DNA of 64,000 bases, taken from Phycisphaerae bacterium. GTDB taxonomy: Bacteria; Planctomycetota; Phycisphaerae; UBA1845; Fen-1342. The position numbers and the translations under genes were made by a program. Positions 40,567-50,611 of this stretch are shown piece after piece. The notes beneath the pieces were generated by a model, which was not told where the DNA came from, made no database searches, and saw only the letters and a program-made list of their open reading frames with translations. Numbering within the stretch: the first letter of the stretch is position 1; every line of letters begins with the position of its first letter. The stretch is from assembly GCA_963675745.2 (NCBI GenBank), contig CAXXWX010000023.1:96001-160000 (forward strand). The letters are read 5' to 3'.

Positions 40567-42744
40567 ATGAAGCGCGGCCGGCGCTCGAAGCACGATGGCC
40601 AAACCACCCCGGCGCCGCCCGGCGACCTTGGCCGCGAAGCACCGGGCGCGCCTCGCTGGAGTCGTGGACCGTGGTTGGCCGCCGCGCTGGCAACTGTCGC
40701 TTTTGTCCCCGCGCTGATGAACGATTTTACGTATGACGACATCCCCATCATTCGCGACAACATCCGCCTGCACGATCCAGCCAATATCCCGACATTGTGG
40801 TTGAGCGATTACTGGCGACCCGCCGGTGAAGATGCGCGCGTGCTCGACGCGCGGCGTGACCGGCTCTATCGCCCACTGGCGATGACCACCTATGCCCTCA
40901 ATCTCGCCCTGCACGGCGCGCGGCCCGCGGGCTTTCTGCTGGTCAATCTTCTTCTGCACGCGCTCGCCGCCGCGCTCGTCTGGCATGTCGCCCACCTGCT
41001 GCTCCATGATCGAGCGACCGCGACCTGCGCCGCACTGCTGTTCGCGCTGCACCCGATTCATGTCGAGGCCGTCGCCAATATTGTGGGCCGGGCGGAATTG
41101 CTCGGAGCCGTGGGCATGCTCGCCGGCCTGCTTGTGCTCTTGCGCGGGTCGCGCCCTCCCGGCATCCGCGCCGCGGTCGTCGCCAGCGCGCTGTTCTTCA
41201 TGGCACTGGCGTCGAAGGAGTCGGCCATCTGCTACCCGGTGGTCGCGCTGATCGCGCTGCTGGCCAGGGGCCACAGCGCTCGACCCGCAACCTGGTCACG
41301 GCGGATCACGCTCACGGCTGTTCTGCTCGTGCCCGTCGCGGTCTATCTCCCGCTGCGCTACGCCGCGCTCGGCGGACACCTGACGCGTATCGCACCGCCC
41401 AGTCACTACGGTAACCCGCTTACGGTGGCCACGCCGCTTCAGTGCTTCGTGGGTGTCTTCACAATAATCGGTAATTACGCGCGACTACTCGTGCTTCCCA
41501 ATCGCCTCAGTGCGGACTATGGCCTGGCGGTGATTGATCCGGCCGCCGGCGTAAACGCCATGACCATACTGGGAGCGCTGGTATCGCTTGCGACGCTCGT
41601 CGCGCTGCTCGGCATCTTCCGGCCCGGCCGACCCGTGCGGATCGTCGCGACGCTGGCCGCCATCTTCGTCGCCAGCTATGTCCTGATTTCCAACGCCTTC
41701 CTGACCATTGGCGTCACGCTCGCCGAGCGGTTGATGTACTGGCCATCTGTGCCCTTTTTGATGGTGGCGTCGGTGGGCATCATGGCGGCGTGGCGAAAGA
41801 TCAGTCGCGCAAACGAGGCGAAACCAGCCACCGCACGTCTCATCGGCGTTGCCGGCGTGGCGGTGCTGGCGGCGTTGGGGTTGCGCAGCTCGATCCGGGC
41901 AACGGACTGGCAGTCCAACCTGACGCTCTTCGAGACCGACGTCAGAACACACCCCCAGAGCATACACATCAACCTCAACCTCGCCGAAGCCCTGGTGAAC
42001 AAGCCCGCGCGCTCGGCCGAAGACTTGCGGCGTGCCGACGAGTGCATCGCACGCGCCCTCGAGATTTCGCCGCGAACGCTCGACGCGTTGCAACTCGGCG
42101 GCATTGTGGCGTACCTGCTGAAGGACAACGCCCGCGCCGCGCGTTACCTCGAGCTGGCCACGAGTCTCGGGCCGGTCGATGAGCTGTCGCAGGAAATACT
42201 CGCCGAAGTGCGCGGCGCCGCCGCCGAGGCGAACGACCGCATAACCGCTCTGCGCGCGCTGACGGCGCGCGATGCCGGAAACACCGCACTACACCTGGAA
42301 CTCGGCGAAGTACTGCTCAGCGTTGGGCGATACCGCGACGCGTTTGAGTCGGCCCAGACCGCCCAGCAACAGGATCCGGAAAGCCCGGCGGCCAACTGGC
42401 TACTGGCCCGCGCCGCTATCGGAACGGACCAAACGCCGCGCGCCGTGGCCGCGCTACGGCGGGTTGTTGCGGCCGATCCTGAAAACTGGCGGGCACACAC
42501 GCAGCTCGCGGTGCTGCTGCACATCGCCGCCCCGCGGCAGGCACTCGACCACGCGCGGATTGCACACCAGCTCGCCCCGGCCGAGCTGGAGACCAATCAA
42601 AACCTCGCGGAAGTGCTGGTCGCCAACGGTCGGATTGACGAGGCGATCGAGCGATTTCGGCTCATTGAGCGCGGTTTGCCGGAAGGTGATCCGCTGCGCG
42701 CCGCAGTCGCCGCGCGCATCGCAGACCTGGAACAAGACCGGTAG
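40567..42744 (+). CDS. TMTC-like GT-C glycosyltransferase (putative protein O-mannosyltransferase) with C-terminal TPRs
   Basis: FTYDD, LYRPL, LFALHPIHVEAVANIVGRAE, SKE, LSADY, AERLMYWPS, then TPRs. Confidence 0.85.
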   Translation: MKRGRRSKHDGQTTPAPPGDLGREAPGAPRWSRGPWLAAALATVAFVPALMNDFTYDDIPIIRDNIRLHDPANIPTLWLSDYWRPAGEDARVLDARRDRLYRPLAMTTYALNLALHGARPAGFLLVNLLLHALAAALVWHVAHLLLHDRATATCAALLFALHPIHVEAVANIVGRAELLGAVGMLAGLLVLLRGSRPPGIRAAVVASALFFMALASKESAICYPVVALIALLARGHSARPATWSRRITLTAVLLVPVAVYLPLRYAALGGHLTRIAPPSHYGNPLTVATPLQCFVGVFTIIGNYARLLVLPNRLSADYGLAVIDPAAGVNAMTILGALVSLATLVALLGIFRPGRPVRIVATLAAIFVASYVLISNAFLTIGVTLAERLMYWPSVPFLMVASVGIMAAWRKISRANEAKPATARLIGVAGVAVLAALGLRSSIRATDWQSNLTLFETDVRTHPQSIHINLNLAEALVNKPARSAEDLRRADECIARALEISPRTLDALQLGGIVAYLLKDNARAARYLELATSLGPVDELSQEILAEVRGAAAEANDRITALRALTARDAGNTALHLELGEVLLSVGRYRDAFESAQTAQQQDPESPAANWLLARAAIGTDQTPRAVAALRRVVAADPENWRAHTQLAVLLHIAAPRQALDHARIAHQLAPAELETNQNLAEVLVANGRIDEAIERFRLIERGLPEGDPLRAAVAARIADLEQDR

Positions 42745-42768
42745 GGCCGAGCTTGCCGTGCCTGACCG

Positions 42769-43185
42769 CTATGTCGCCTGCGCCAGGTACTCGGTCAGCC
42801 GACGCCGAATCTGGTCGCGCACGGCGCGAAAGAGCGGCAGTCGTTGCTCGTCGCTACCGCCGGCACCGGCCGGGTCTTCAAAAGGCCAGTGCTCCTTGGG
42901 CGCGGCGTGGGCAAAGCGCGGACAGTGTGTGTCGGCGTTGCCGCACACTGTAACAACCAGGTCGAAATGTTGATCGACGTAATCAGCCACCGAGTCGCTG
43001 GTGTGGCCGCTGATGTCGATGCCGACCTCGGCCATCACCCTGATCGCCAGCGGGTTAACGCCGTGCGGCTCCAGGCCGGCGCTGAACACATCCCACTGCG
43101 CGGCGGCCATGTGTCGCCAGAAGCCCTCGGCCATCTGTGAGCGGCAGGAGTTACCGGTGCAGAGAATCAGGACGCGTTTTTTCAC
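42769..43185 (-). CDS. arsC: Arsenate reductase (LMW-PTP type, thioredoxin-coupled)
   Basis: LCTGNSCRSQMAEG, VTVCGNADTHCP, HWPFEDP. Confidence 0.9.
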   Translation of the reverse strand: MKKRVLILCTGNSCRSQMAEGFWRHMAAAQWDVFSAGLEPHGVNPLAIRVMAEVGIDISGHTSDSVADYVDQHFDLVVTVCGNADTHCPRFAHAAPKEHWPFEDPAGAGGSDEQRLPLFRAVRDQIRRRLTEYLAQAT

Positions 43186-43188
43186 GCG

Positions 43189-43731
43189 TCAGCTCTCCAG
43201 TCGTCGCACCTGCTTGATCATGGGTGGCACAACCGGCAACGAATCTTCGGCCATCTGCGGATTGTACTTGGTCTCCACATCCTTGATGCGGTCAACGACA
43301 TCCTGCCCATCCACGACCTGGCCGAACACGCAATACCCCCAGCCATCCTGACCCGGATAATCAAGCATGGTGTTGTCGGCCACATTGATGAAGAACTGCG
43401 AAGTGGCCGAGTGCGGATCAGCCGTGCGCGCCATGGCGATGGTGCCCAGCTTGTTGTTCAGCCCGTTGGCGGATTCACACTCGATCGGCTCGCGCAGCCC
43501 CTCACCCTTGGGCTGGGCGTCGGCCGTATACCCGCCGCCCTGGATCATGAACGTGGGTATAACGCGATGAAACACGGTCTCGTCGAAGAACTTGTCATCG
43601 ACGTATTGCAGGAAGTTCTCGACCGTCTTGGGGGCGGCCTCAGCGTCGAGCTCGAGCACGATCGCGCCCCACGCCTCATCTCCCGATACGATGTCGAGCG
43701 CAACACGCGGTTTGCCGGCGGATGCGGCCAT
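43189..43731 (-). CDS. Cyclophilin-type peptidyl-prolyl isomerase (PpiA/PpiB type)
   Basis: [45 protein letters not shown]. Confidence 0.93.
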   Translation of the reverse strand: MAASAGKPRVALDIVSGDEAWGAIVLELDAEAAPKTVENFLQYVDDKFFDETVFHRVIPTFMIQGGGYTADAQPKGEGLREPIECESANGLNNKLGTIAMARTADPHSATSQFFINVADNTMLDYPGQDGWGYCVFGQVVDGQDVVDRIKDVETKYNPQMAEDSLPVVPPMIKQVRRLES

Positions 43732-43856
43732 ATGATGTCTCCGTCAAGGTGCCAAGCTGGTACCGTTTCCAGCCAGACCGGGTCACGCGTTCAGCGCTGT
43801 AGCGGCCTGCGCCTCCGCAGGCCGTCGGTGTCATACGGCGCCTCCGACTCCCGGCG

Positions 43857-44986
43857 CTACTTGATGCCCAGCAGCTCGATGTCGAAAACGAGCGTCGCCT
43901 TGGGCGGGATTGTCGGCGGACGACCGCGCTCGCCATATGCCAGCTCGTACGGGATAACCAGTTTGTGCTTGCCGCCGACCTTCATCAGCCCGACGCCTTC
44001 GGTCCAACCCGAGATGACGCCCGTCAGGCGGAAGCTGGCGGGTGAGCCGCGATCGCGCGAGCTGTCGAACTTGGTGCCATCGACCAGCCAGCCCGTGTAG
44101 TGAACCTCGACAGTGTCGGACGGCTTGGGGCTAGGCCCGTCACCCTCTTCCAGAACCACGTACATCAATCCCGACTCGGTCTTCTGGATCTTCTTGCCCG
44201 TCTCGGTCTCGATTTTGGCGATCAGGTCGGTCAATTTCTTGGTCTCCCGGGCTTTCAGTGCGGCTTCCTCTTCCATTTTCGCGCGCCTGGCCTGCTCGAA
44301 CTTGGCCCCCAGCTTCTTGCGGTCGAACTCACCTGTGATCTTCACGCTCTTGATGATGACCGCCGCATCCGGCGTAACGCCCGGTCCCTGCACGGGGTAC
44401 TTGGGGTGAACGATGCAAGGCGTCTCGCGGATCTTGTCAACGACATCCATGCCCTCGACGACCTTGCCGAATACGGCGTAGGCCGCCCCATCCCGCTGCG
44501 GGCGATCGAGTCGCTCATTGTCGACCACGTTGATGAAGAACTGGGAGGTGGCCGAGTCCGGCTTGCCGCCCTGCCGGGCCATCGCGACCGTGCCGCGCAT
44601 GTTCTTGAGCCCGTTCTTCCATTCGTTGGGAATGCCCTCGCGGAGCCCCTCCTTCTTGACGTCCATATCAGCGGTGAACCCGCCACCCTGGATCATGAAC
44701 GTCGGGATTACGCGGTGAACAATCGTATCGTTGTAGTACCCATCCTCGGCGTAACGGATGAAGTTGTAGCAACTGTACGGGGCCTTCTCGATGTCCAGCT
44801 CGAAGACGATCTTGCCCAGAGGCTCGCCCTTCTGCTCGATCATCAGTTCGGCGCGCGGCAGGGCCGTCGCCTTGGCATCCTCGGTCTTGGCCGGTCCTCA
44901 TCCTGCGCCACGGCGGCGACTGCGAGCAGTGCCGTGCAAATGCCGATCGCGTACATGAGGTTGCGTGTGTTCGCTCTTCTCATTTC
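43857..44986 (-). CDS. Secreted cyclophilin-FKBP fusion PPIase; signal peptide separated by a frameshift near 44895
   Basis: Cyclophilin ([22 protein letters not shown]) plus FKBP ([32 protein letters not shown]); upstream frame encodes MRRANTRN...AVAAVAQDE. Confidence 0.88.
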
Positions 44987-45088
44987 ATAAATCTCCGCAC
45001 CACGAGTCAGAGGGATTAGCTGATTAACGCATTCTCGAACCAAGCAGTCTACCCGTCAGTCAGCGCACGTGCCACCCCCGCCAGACCG

Positions 45089-46366
45089 TCATACCTGCCT
45101 TGAGGCGGCCTTTGTCCAGAGCCGTCCTTCACCGCGTGCCGTACCGACTGGATCGTGCGTTACGACAAAAGCGGCCGCTGCTGAGATAATCATGAACGGC
45201 ATCAGCGGCACACGATAGCGCAAACTTCCGATATAGATGCAGTGTACGAGCGTGAAATAGGCGATCGGCAGCCACAGCAGCACAATCAGCAGCCGCCGGC
45301 GCCGACGTGCGCTGGGTGAGCCCAACTGCCCGACCAGGCGAAACACACCGACAAGCGAGGCGACGATCACCGGCAGCATGAACGCGGCGCTGACCAGCCC
45401 GGCCAGGCCGCCCCGGTATTGCTCGTAATTCGGGCGCGGATTCCACGTGCGCGCAAATTTCACGCCCGCCAGCCGTACCACGCGATACGGATCATGCCAC
45501 ATGTGGCGTCTGGCGAGTGCTCCCAGTCGGCGATCGACCTGAACCTCATCAAGCGCGGCCAATTCGGGCATGTGCTGGAGGAAGGATTGGTCACTGGCCC
45601 CGGTCGCTTGTGGGCCCTGCGCGTCATACAGCGTCACGCCGCCGTTGGTGCTCAGCCAGGCATAGCTGCCAATCACCAGGCGATTGCGCAACCCCCAGGG
45701 CAGCAGCAATGCGACGCACACCAGGCCAAGGCCGATCATGCGGTAAGCCGCCCGAATCCTGTTCTCGGAGAAGAGCCACAGAACCAGCCAGATAAGTGGG
45801 ATCCAAGCCGCCGCGGACGGTCGAGTCAGTATTGCAATCGGCCCTAATAGCGCCAAAGCGACCAACCCGCGCCGGCTGATCTCGTGCGGCCGCCTCAGCG
45901 TCATCCACGCCGTGTACGTCAGCCCCACGCCCGCGAGCGTGAACAGCACCTCCGTCAACAGCAGGTTGCAGAAGAAGATGCTGTATGGATCGCAGGCCGC
46001 CAACAGGCCGGCGATCAGGCCGGGACGCCGGCCGAGCGCTTCCTGTGCGAACCGATACACCAGCCACGCCGTGATCGCCCCGATGACAGCCTGCGCCAGG
46101 CGTGCGGCGAGGATGCCACCGGGGCCGCGCCACGCAAACAGTGCCAGGAACAGAGGATACAGCGGCATGCGCGCCGCATAGCGGCCGTCGTCGGTGGCCA
46201 GGATTCCGTCGCCGACCAGGTTCTGCGCCAGTTGCCAGTGCAGCGCTTCGTCGTCGAACTCGAGCGTCGGTGCCGCGCCGGCGGCGCGCCACACGACCCA
46301 TGCCAGCCGCAGCACCAGCGCGACCAGGAACACCCAGAAACCGGCGTTGCCGGACACGGTTCTCAT
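45089..46366 (-). CDS. ArnT/PMT-like GT-C (family 39/83-like) glycosyltransferase
   Basis: Polytopic; FDDE, RMPLYPLFLA, LLLTE, TRP, PWGLRN, STNGG, RYRVP. Confidence 0.85.
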   Translation of the reverse strand: MRTVSGNAGFWVFLVALVLRLAWVVWRAAGAAPTLEFDDEALHWQLAQNLVGDGILATDDGRYAARMPLYPLFLALFAWRGPGGILAARLAQAVIGAITAWLVYRFAQEALGRRPGLIAGLLAACDPYSIFFCNLLLTEVLFTLAGVGLTYTAWMTLRRPHEISRRGLVALALLGPIAILTRPSAAAWIPLIWLVLWLFSENRIRAAYRMIGLGLVCVALLLPWGLRNRLVIGSYAWLSTNGGVTLYDAQGPQATGASDQSFLQHMPELAALDEVQVDRRLGALARRHMWHDPYRVVRLAGVKFARTWNPRPNYEQYRGGLAGLVSAAFMLPVIVASLVGVFRLVGQLGSPSARRRRRLLIVLLWLPIAYFTLVHCIYIGSLRYRVPLMPFMIISAAAAFVVTHDPVGTARGEGRLWTKAASRQV

Positions 46367-47832
46367 ACGCGATCAACCTGGTGCGGCAACTGGGGGTGGA
46401 ATAACAGGTGTAGTGCCCGCTTGGTAGTGGATCGCAGTTTGACACGCTCATCGATGCGCAGCGGCATCACCCAGATGACCCCCGCCTGATCGCACACCAC
46501 GCCGGTGCGCGCCCGCTGTAGCGGGTCAATCTTCTCGCCGATCAGGAAATCGCTGATCGTCTTCGCGCCCGGGGCCCCCAGCGGGCGAAACCGATCACCA
46601 TCCCGGCGCCCGCGCACGAGTACCGGCGGCTGGACACGCTCCAGGTCAATCCACTCTTCGTACGGGCTGTTCGCGCGACGCAGCTCTTCGATCTTACCGG
46701 CGTCGATCGCGGTTTCCCGCAGTTCGAGATCAGCGCCGAGCGCCGGCAAGCGGGTCCGTCCCGGGCACTTGAGGTAGACAGTCGAAACCTCCGGCGCCGG
46801 CTCAACCTGTGCCTGCGGCCGAAAGTCCAGGCGGTCATACTGCTTCCGCACGGCGACGCGGCCGGGAAGGTGTACCTCCTTGCCGCTAGCCGGATCGTGC
46901 GCCAGCTTGAGCACCGCCTCAATGTGTGCAAAGCTCAGATCCTGCTCGCCGCCGATTACCAGCGAGCTGGCCAGCCGCACGACTTCCGCCTGGATGATCC
47001 TCTGTTTGGTGAGCAGGGCCTTGGCGTTCAACACCAGGCGCTGCGGGCCTTCAGAGACGATTAGTGAGTCAAACGTGCGTGCGGCGGCATCCTGCAAATA
47101 GGTGCCCAGCCAGCGCGCTTGCTCGCCGAGCCGCAGCAGCGCATCGGTGACGTTCGGGTTCATCTGCTCGCGCAACAGCGGAATGACCACATTGCGAATC
47201 CGCCCCCGCGTAAACAACGAGGCGGCGTTTGTCGAGTCACATCGGCTTGGCCAGCCGCGCTCTTCCAGCAGGCTGTCGATCCGCTCACGGCGCTGGTGAA
47301 GCAGCGGGCGGATCAGCCGTACGCGACTTCCCGCGCGAATCGGCCGTACCGCCAGCATGCCGGCCAGACCACGCAGTCCGGTACCGCGACAAATGCGGTG
47401 CAGAATCGTCTCGGCGTCGTCGTCTGCATGATGTCCCACCGCCACCCGGTCACTGCCGACCTTGAGGGCCACGCGTTCCAGGAATGCATAACGTTGCTCG
47501 CGGGCAACCTCTTCGGTGGAGCCCCCCCCGGCGGCAACCACGGCCGGGACGTCGATCTGTTCATGGTGAAAGGTGGCGTCCAGTTCGCCCGCCAATTCCC
47601 GGACGAACTCCTGGTCACCGTCGGCCTCCGCGCCGCGCAGGCCGTGGTGCAGGTGGGCCAGATGGAGCTTCCAGTCGAGATTGCGGCATTCTGACACTTC
47701 CGCCAGCGCGTGCGCCAGCAACGTGGAGTCGGGTCCGCCTGAGACGCCGACGACCCAGTGGCGGTCTGATTCGAGGATCTCGCGTTCGGCGAGCCAATCG
47801 GCCAGATCGTCACGAAAACCGTTCCAGGCCAC
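46363..47832 (-). CDS. tilS: tRNA(Ile)-lysidine synthetase
   Basis: VGVSGGPDS, HHGLRG, AREQRY, HHADDDAET, RGTG, IRPLL, RGRIR, GDRFRPLG; AAGGAG before GTG 47832. Confidence 0.95.
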   Translation of the reverse strand: MAWNGFRDDLADWLAEREILESDRHWVVGVSGGPDSTLLAHALAEVSECRNLDWKLHLAHLHHGLRGAEADGDQEFVRELAGELDATFHHEQIDVPAVVAAGGGSTEEVAREQRYAFLERVALKVGSDRVAVGHHADDDAETILHRICRGTGLRGLAGMLAVRPIRAGSRVRLIRPLLHQRRERIDSLLEERGWPSRCDSTNAASLFTRGRIRNVVIPLLREQMNPNVTDALLRLGEQARWLGTYLQDAAARTFDSLIVSEGPQRLVLNAKALLTKQRIIQAEVVRLASSLVIGGEQDLSFAHIEAVLKLAHDPASGKEVHLPGRVAVRKQYDRLDFRPQAQVEPAPEVSTVYLKCPGRTRLPALGADLELRETAIDAGKIEELRRANSPYEEWIDLERVQPPVLVRGRRDGDRFRPLGAPGAKTISDFLIGEKIDPLQRARTGVVCDQAGVIWVMPLRIDERVKLRSTTKRALHLLFHPQLPHQVDRV

Positions 47833-48352
47833 AGCAGCAGCTCCTTGGGTGAGTGCGCGCCGCCGGCAAGCGTCCATGCTGCCTCGTAACAGGGTGCGTC
47901 CCGAGCCACGAGGCGAACCATAAATGGTATACGAACGCGCCGACAGGTCCAGCCGGGATTGGCGCAGCGTGCGGTTGTCTGGCATCCAGCCGGTGGGTTC
48001 GATAGAATGGAATTGGTTTGCGCGAACCCCGGAACACGGCTGGCGGTCCTGCCATCTTACGGATTCACGGCTGCCTGGAGCCACGGCGCAATGAAGAAGC
48101 CTGCTGAATCCATAGCAAGGCGTGGCGGACTGCCAACCTGGTCTCCTGATGTGGCTACGCGAGGGAACAGCGGTCGTCGCTGATTGGTACCGCTGCTGCC
48201 AGTTATCGGATCAGTGTAACGTGATACGCCGCCGATACAGTGCAATATAATCTGCTGGAGGGGTTGGGCGTTTGAGTCGAACAGGCAGTGACCCCATCAG
48301 CAAACGAGGGGAATCCCGGGGGCGGCACGATGCCGCGTTCCCTTGATCAGAC

Positions 48353-50599
48353 GTGGAAAGGCAACAGATGTCGTGGCAATCTTCGGGCAGCCGACGTGCA
48401 ATACGCGCATGCGGCGCCTCCGGTACCGGTGCCGGCGAGGTGTTTCTGAGACGCGGGTTACTCGCGGCGTGCATTGTATATGCGCTCGCCAGCCCCGCGG
48501 AGGCATATATCGGCCCGGGAGCGGGTTTTGCGATCGCTTCCTCGTTTCTGACCGTGCTGGCGACGATGGCGCTGGCCCTGCTGGGGCTGATGCTGTGGCC
48601 GATCAACTGGTTGATCCGGTCAATCAGAGGACGCCGGGCCTTCGCAAAGGCCCGGATAAAGCGTCTGGTAATATTGGGCCTCGACGGCCTGGAACCCAGC
48701 CTCGTTGACCGCTTCATGGGCGAAGGCAAGCTGCCGAATCTGGCCAAGCTGAAAGAAACGGGTGGGTTCAGCCTGCTGGGCACAGTTTTACCACCACTGT
48801 CACCGGTGGCGTGGTCGACGTTTCTAACCGGCACAAACCCTGGCAAACACAATGTTTACGACTTCCTGAACTCCGACCGGCGCACCTACCTGCCCAGCCT
48901 GTCCTCAGTTCTGATCCGCCCGCCGACCAAGACCTTCAAGCTCGGCAAGTACGTTTTCCCGCTCAACAAGCCCGAGATTCGCCTGCTGCGCAAGGGCAAG
49001 CCATTCTGGCACACGCTGGGCGACCACGGCATATTCAGCTCGGTGATTCGCGTGCCGATCACGTTTCCGCCCGAGAAGTGCCGCGGCGTCGTTCTGTCCG
49101 CCATGTGCGCTCCCGACCTGCGCGGCACACAAGGGTTGTTCTCATTCTACAGCACACGTTCGGATGACAGCGAGGAGCGTACCGGCGGCGAGCAGATCCG
49201 CGTGCAGCGCGAAGGCGATCTGATTCGCTCTGAGCTTGTCGGGCCAGACAACAGCGTGGTGCTCGGCGAAGGCCCGATGAAAATCCCGTTCGAGGTGCGC
49301 ATCGCCGGCGAACGGGCGACCCTGCACATCGAAGGCGATCAGTATGACCTCGAGCCCGGAATCTACACGCCTTGGATAACCGTCAACTTCCGGGCCGGCA
49401 TGGGCATATCCGTTCAGGGCGTATGTCGTTTCATGCTGGTAAGAACGCAGCCCGAGTTCGAGCTGTACGTGATGCCGATCAACATCGATCCAGAGAAGCC
49501 GGCCATGCCGATCTCGCACCCGGTGGCGTACAGCACGTATCTCTCAAAGCGCTTCGGGTCGTTCGCAACACTCGGATTGGCCGAAGACACCTGGGCGCTG
49601 AACGAGGACTTGATCGACGACCAGGCATTCGTCGATCAGTGCATGTTCATCGACAGCGAGCGCGAGCAGCAGTTCTTCGACGCGATCGACAACACCGGCA
49701 ACGGGCTGGTGGTCTGTGTCTTTGACGGCACCGATCGGCTGCAGCACATGTTCTGGCGCTATTTGGAAGATGATCATCCGGCGCACCCCAAGAACCTCCA
49801 CCCCGAAACGTACAAACCCAATGGCAGCGAGCGGGTGCTTGAAGAGCTGTATATGCGCATGGACAAGCTCGTCGGCGAAACGATGGAGCGGACAGTCAAG
49901 CGCGACAAGAACACGGTGTTGATGGTCCTGTCCGATCACGGATTCTGCTCGTTCCGCCGCGGCCTGGATCTCAACGCCTGGCTAATCGAAAACGGCTACA
50001 TGAAGCTCAAGCCGGACGCCAAGCCGGGTGCCCAGTATCTCGCCGCGGTGGATTGGGAACACACGCGCGCGTACACGCAGGGATTGGCCGGGATGTTCAT
50101 CAACCAGAAGGGCCGCGAGGCCCAAGGTATCGTCGAGCCCGGCGAGGAAATGCAGAAGCTGAAGGACGAGATCAGCGCAAAGCTGACCGGCTTGCGCGAT
50201 CCGGCGAATGATGAGATTGCCATTCGCCGCGTGTTCGACAAGGAAAAGTCATATCAAGGCCCGTATCGCGCCACGGCCCCCGACCTGGTGATTGGATATA
50301 ACCGTGGCTATCGCATTGCGTGGGACACCGCGATCGGTAAAGTAACCGGCTCGGTCTTTCACGATAATACGAAGGCGTGGAGCGGCGACCACTGCATCGA
50401 CCCGGAACTGATCCCGGGCGTGATGTTCTGTAGCCACAAAATCGAGAGCGAGTCGCCGCGGCTGATGGATCTGGGGCCGACGGCGCTGGATCTGTTCGGC
50501 ATCGCGGTTCCCGCCAACATGGATGGCCGGCCGCTGAAGATCGCCGTTGGAAACGGGCATACCGCCGGAAAAACCGCGCCGGTCGCCGCGGCGGGGTAG
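48353..50599 (+). CDS. AlkP-superfamily phosphodiesterase with signal peptide-AYIGPGAG-TM N-terminus (start may be 48440)
   Basis: LGLDG, PPLSPVAWSTFLTG, DRLQHMFW, LSDHGF, WSGDH; no LGY tail. Confidence 0.9.
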   Translation: MERQQMSWQSSGSRRAIRACGASGTGAGEVFLRRGLLAACIVYALASPAEAYIGPGAGFAIASSFLTVLATMALALLGLMLWPINWLIRSIRGRRAFAKARIKRLVILGLDGLEPSLVDRFMGEGKLPNLAKLKETGGFSLLGTVLPPLSPVAWSTFLTGTNPGKHNVYDFLNSDRRTYLPSLSSVLIRPPTKTFKLGKYVFPLNKPEIRLLRKGKPFWHTLGDHGIFSSVIRVPITFPPEKCRGVVLSAMCAPDLRGTQGLFSFYSTRSDDSEERTGGEQIRVQREGDLIRSELVGPDNSVVLGEGPMKIPFEVRIAGERATLHIEGDQYDLEPGIYTPWITVNFRAGMGISVQGVCRFMLVRTQPEFELYVMPINIDPEKPAMPISHPVAYSTYLSKRFGSFATLGLAEDTWALNEDLIDDQAFVDQCMFIDSEREQQFFDAIDNTGNGLVVCVFDGTDRLQHMFWRYLEDDHPAHPKNLHPETYKPNGSERVLEELYMRMDKLVGETMERTVKRDKNTVLMVLSDHGFCSFRRGLDLNAWLIENGYMKLKPDAKPGAQYLAAVDWEHTRAYTQGLAGMFINQKGREAQGIVEPGEEMQKLKDEISAKLTGLRDPANDEIAIRRVFDKEKSYQGPYRATAPDLVIGYNRGYRIAWDTAIGKVTGSVFHDNTKAWSGDHCIDPELIPGVMFCSHKIESESPRLMDLGPTALDLFGIAVPANMDGRPLKIAVGNGHTAGKTAPVAAAG

Positions 50600-50611
50600 C
50601 CGCTGAGTGAG

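Noticed and set aside
42769..43185. Arsenic resistance operon
   Set aside because: Only arsC is present; no arsR, arsB or acr3 adjacent
47990..48120. Hairpins in the tilS/AlkP divergent intergenic region (GGGTTCG/CGAACCC, GGATTCA/TGAATCC)
   Set aside because: Short stems are expected at this GC content; no riboswitch consensus recognised
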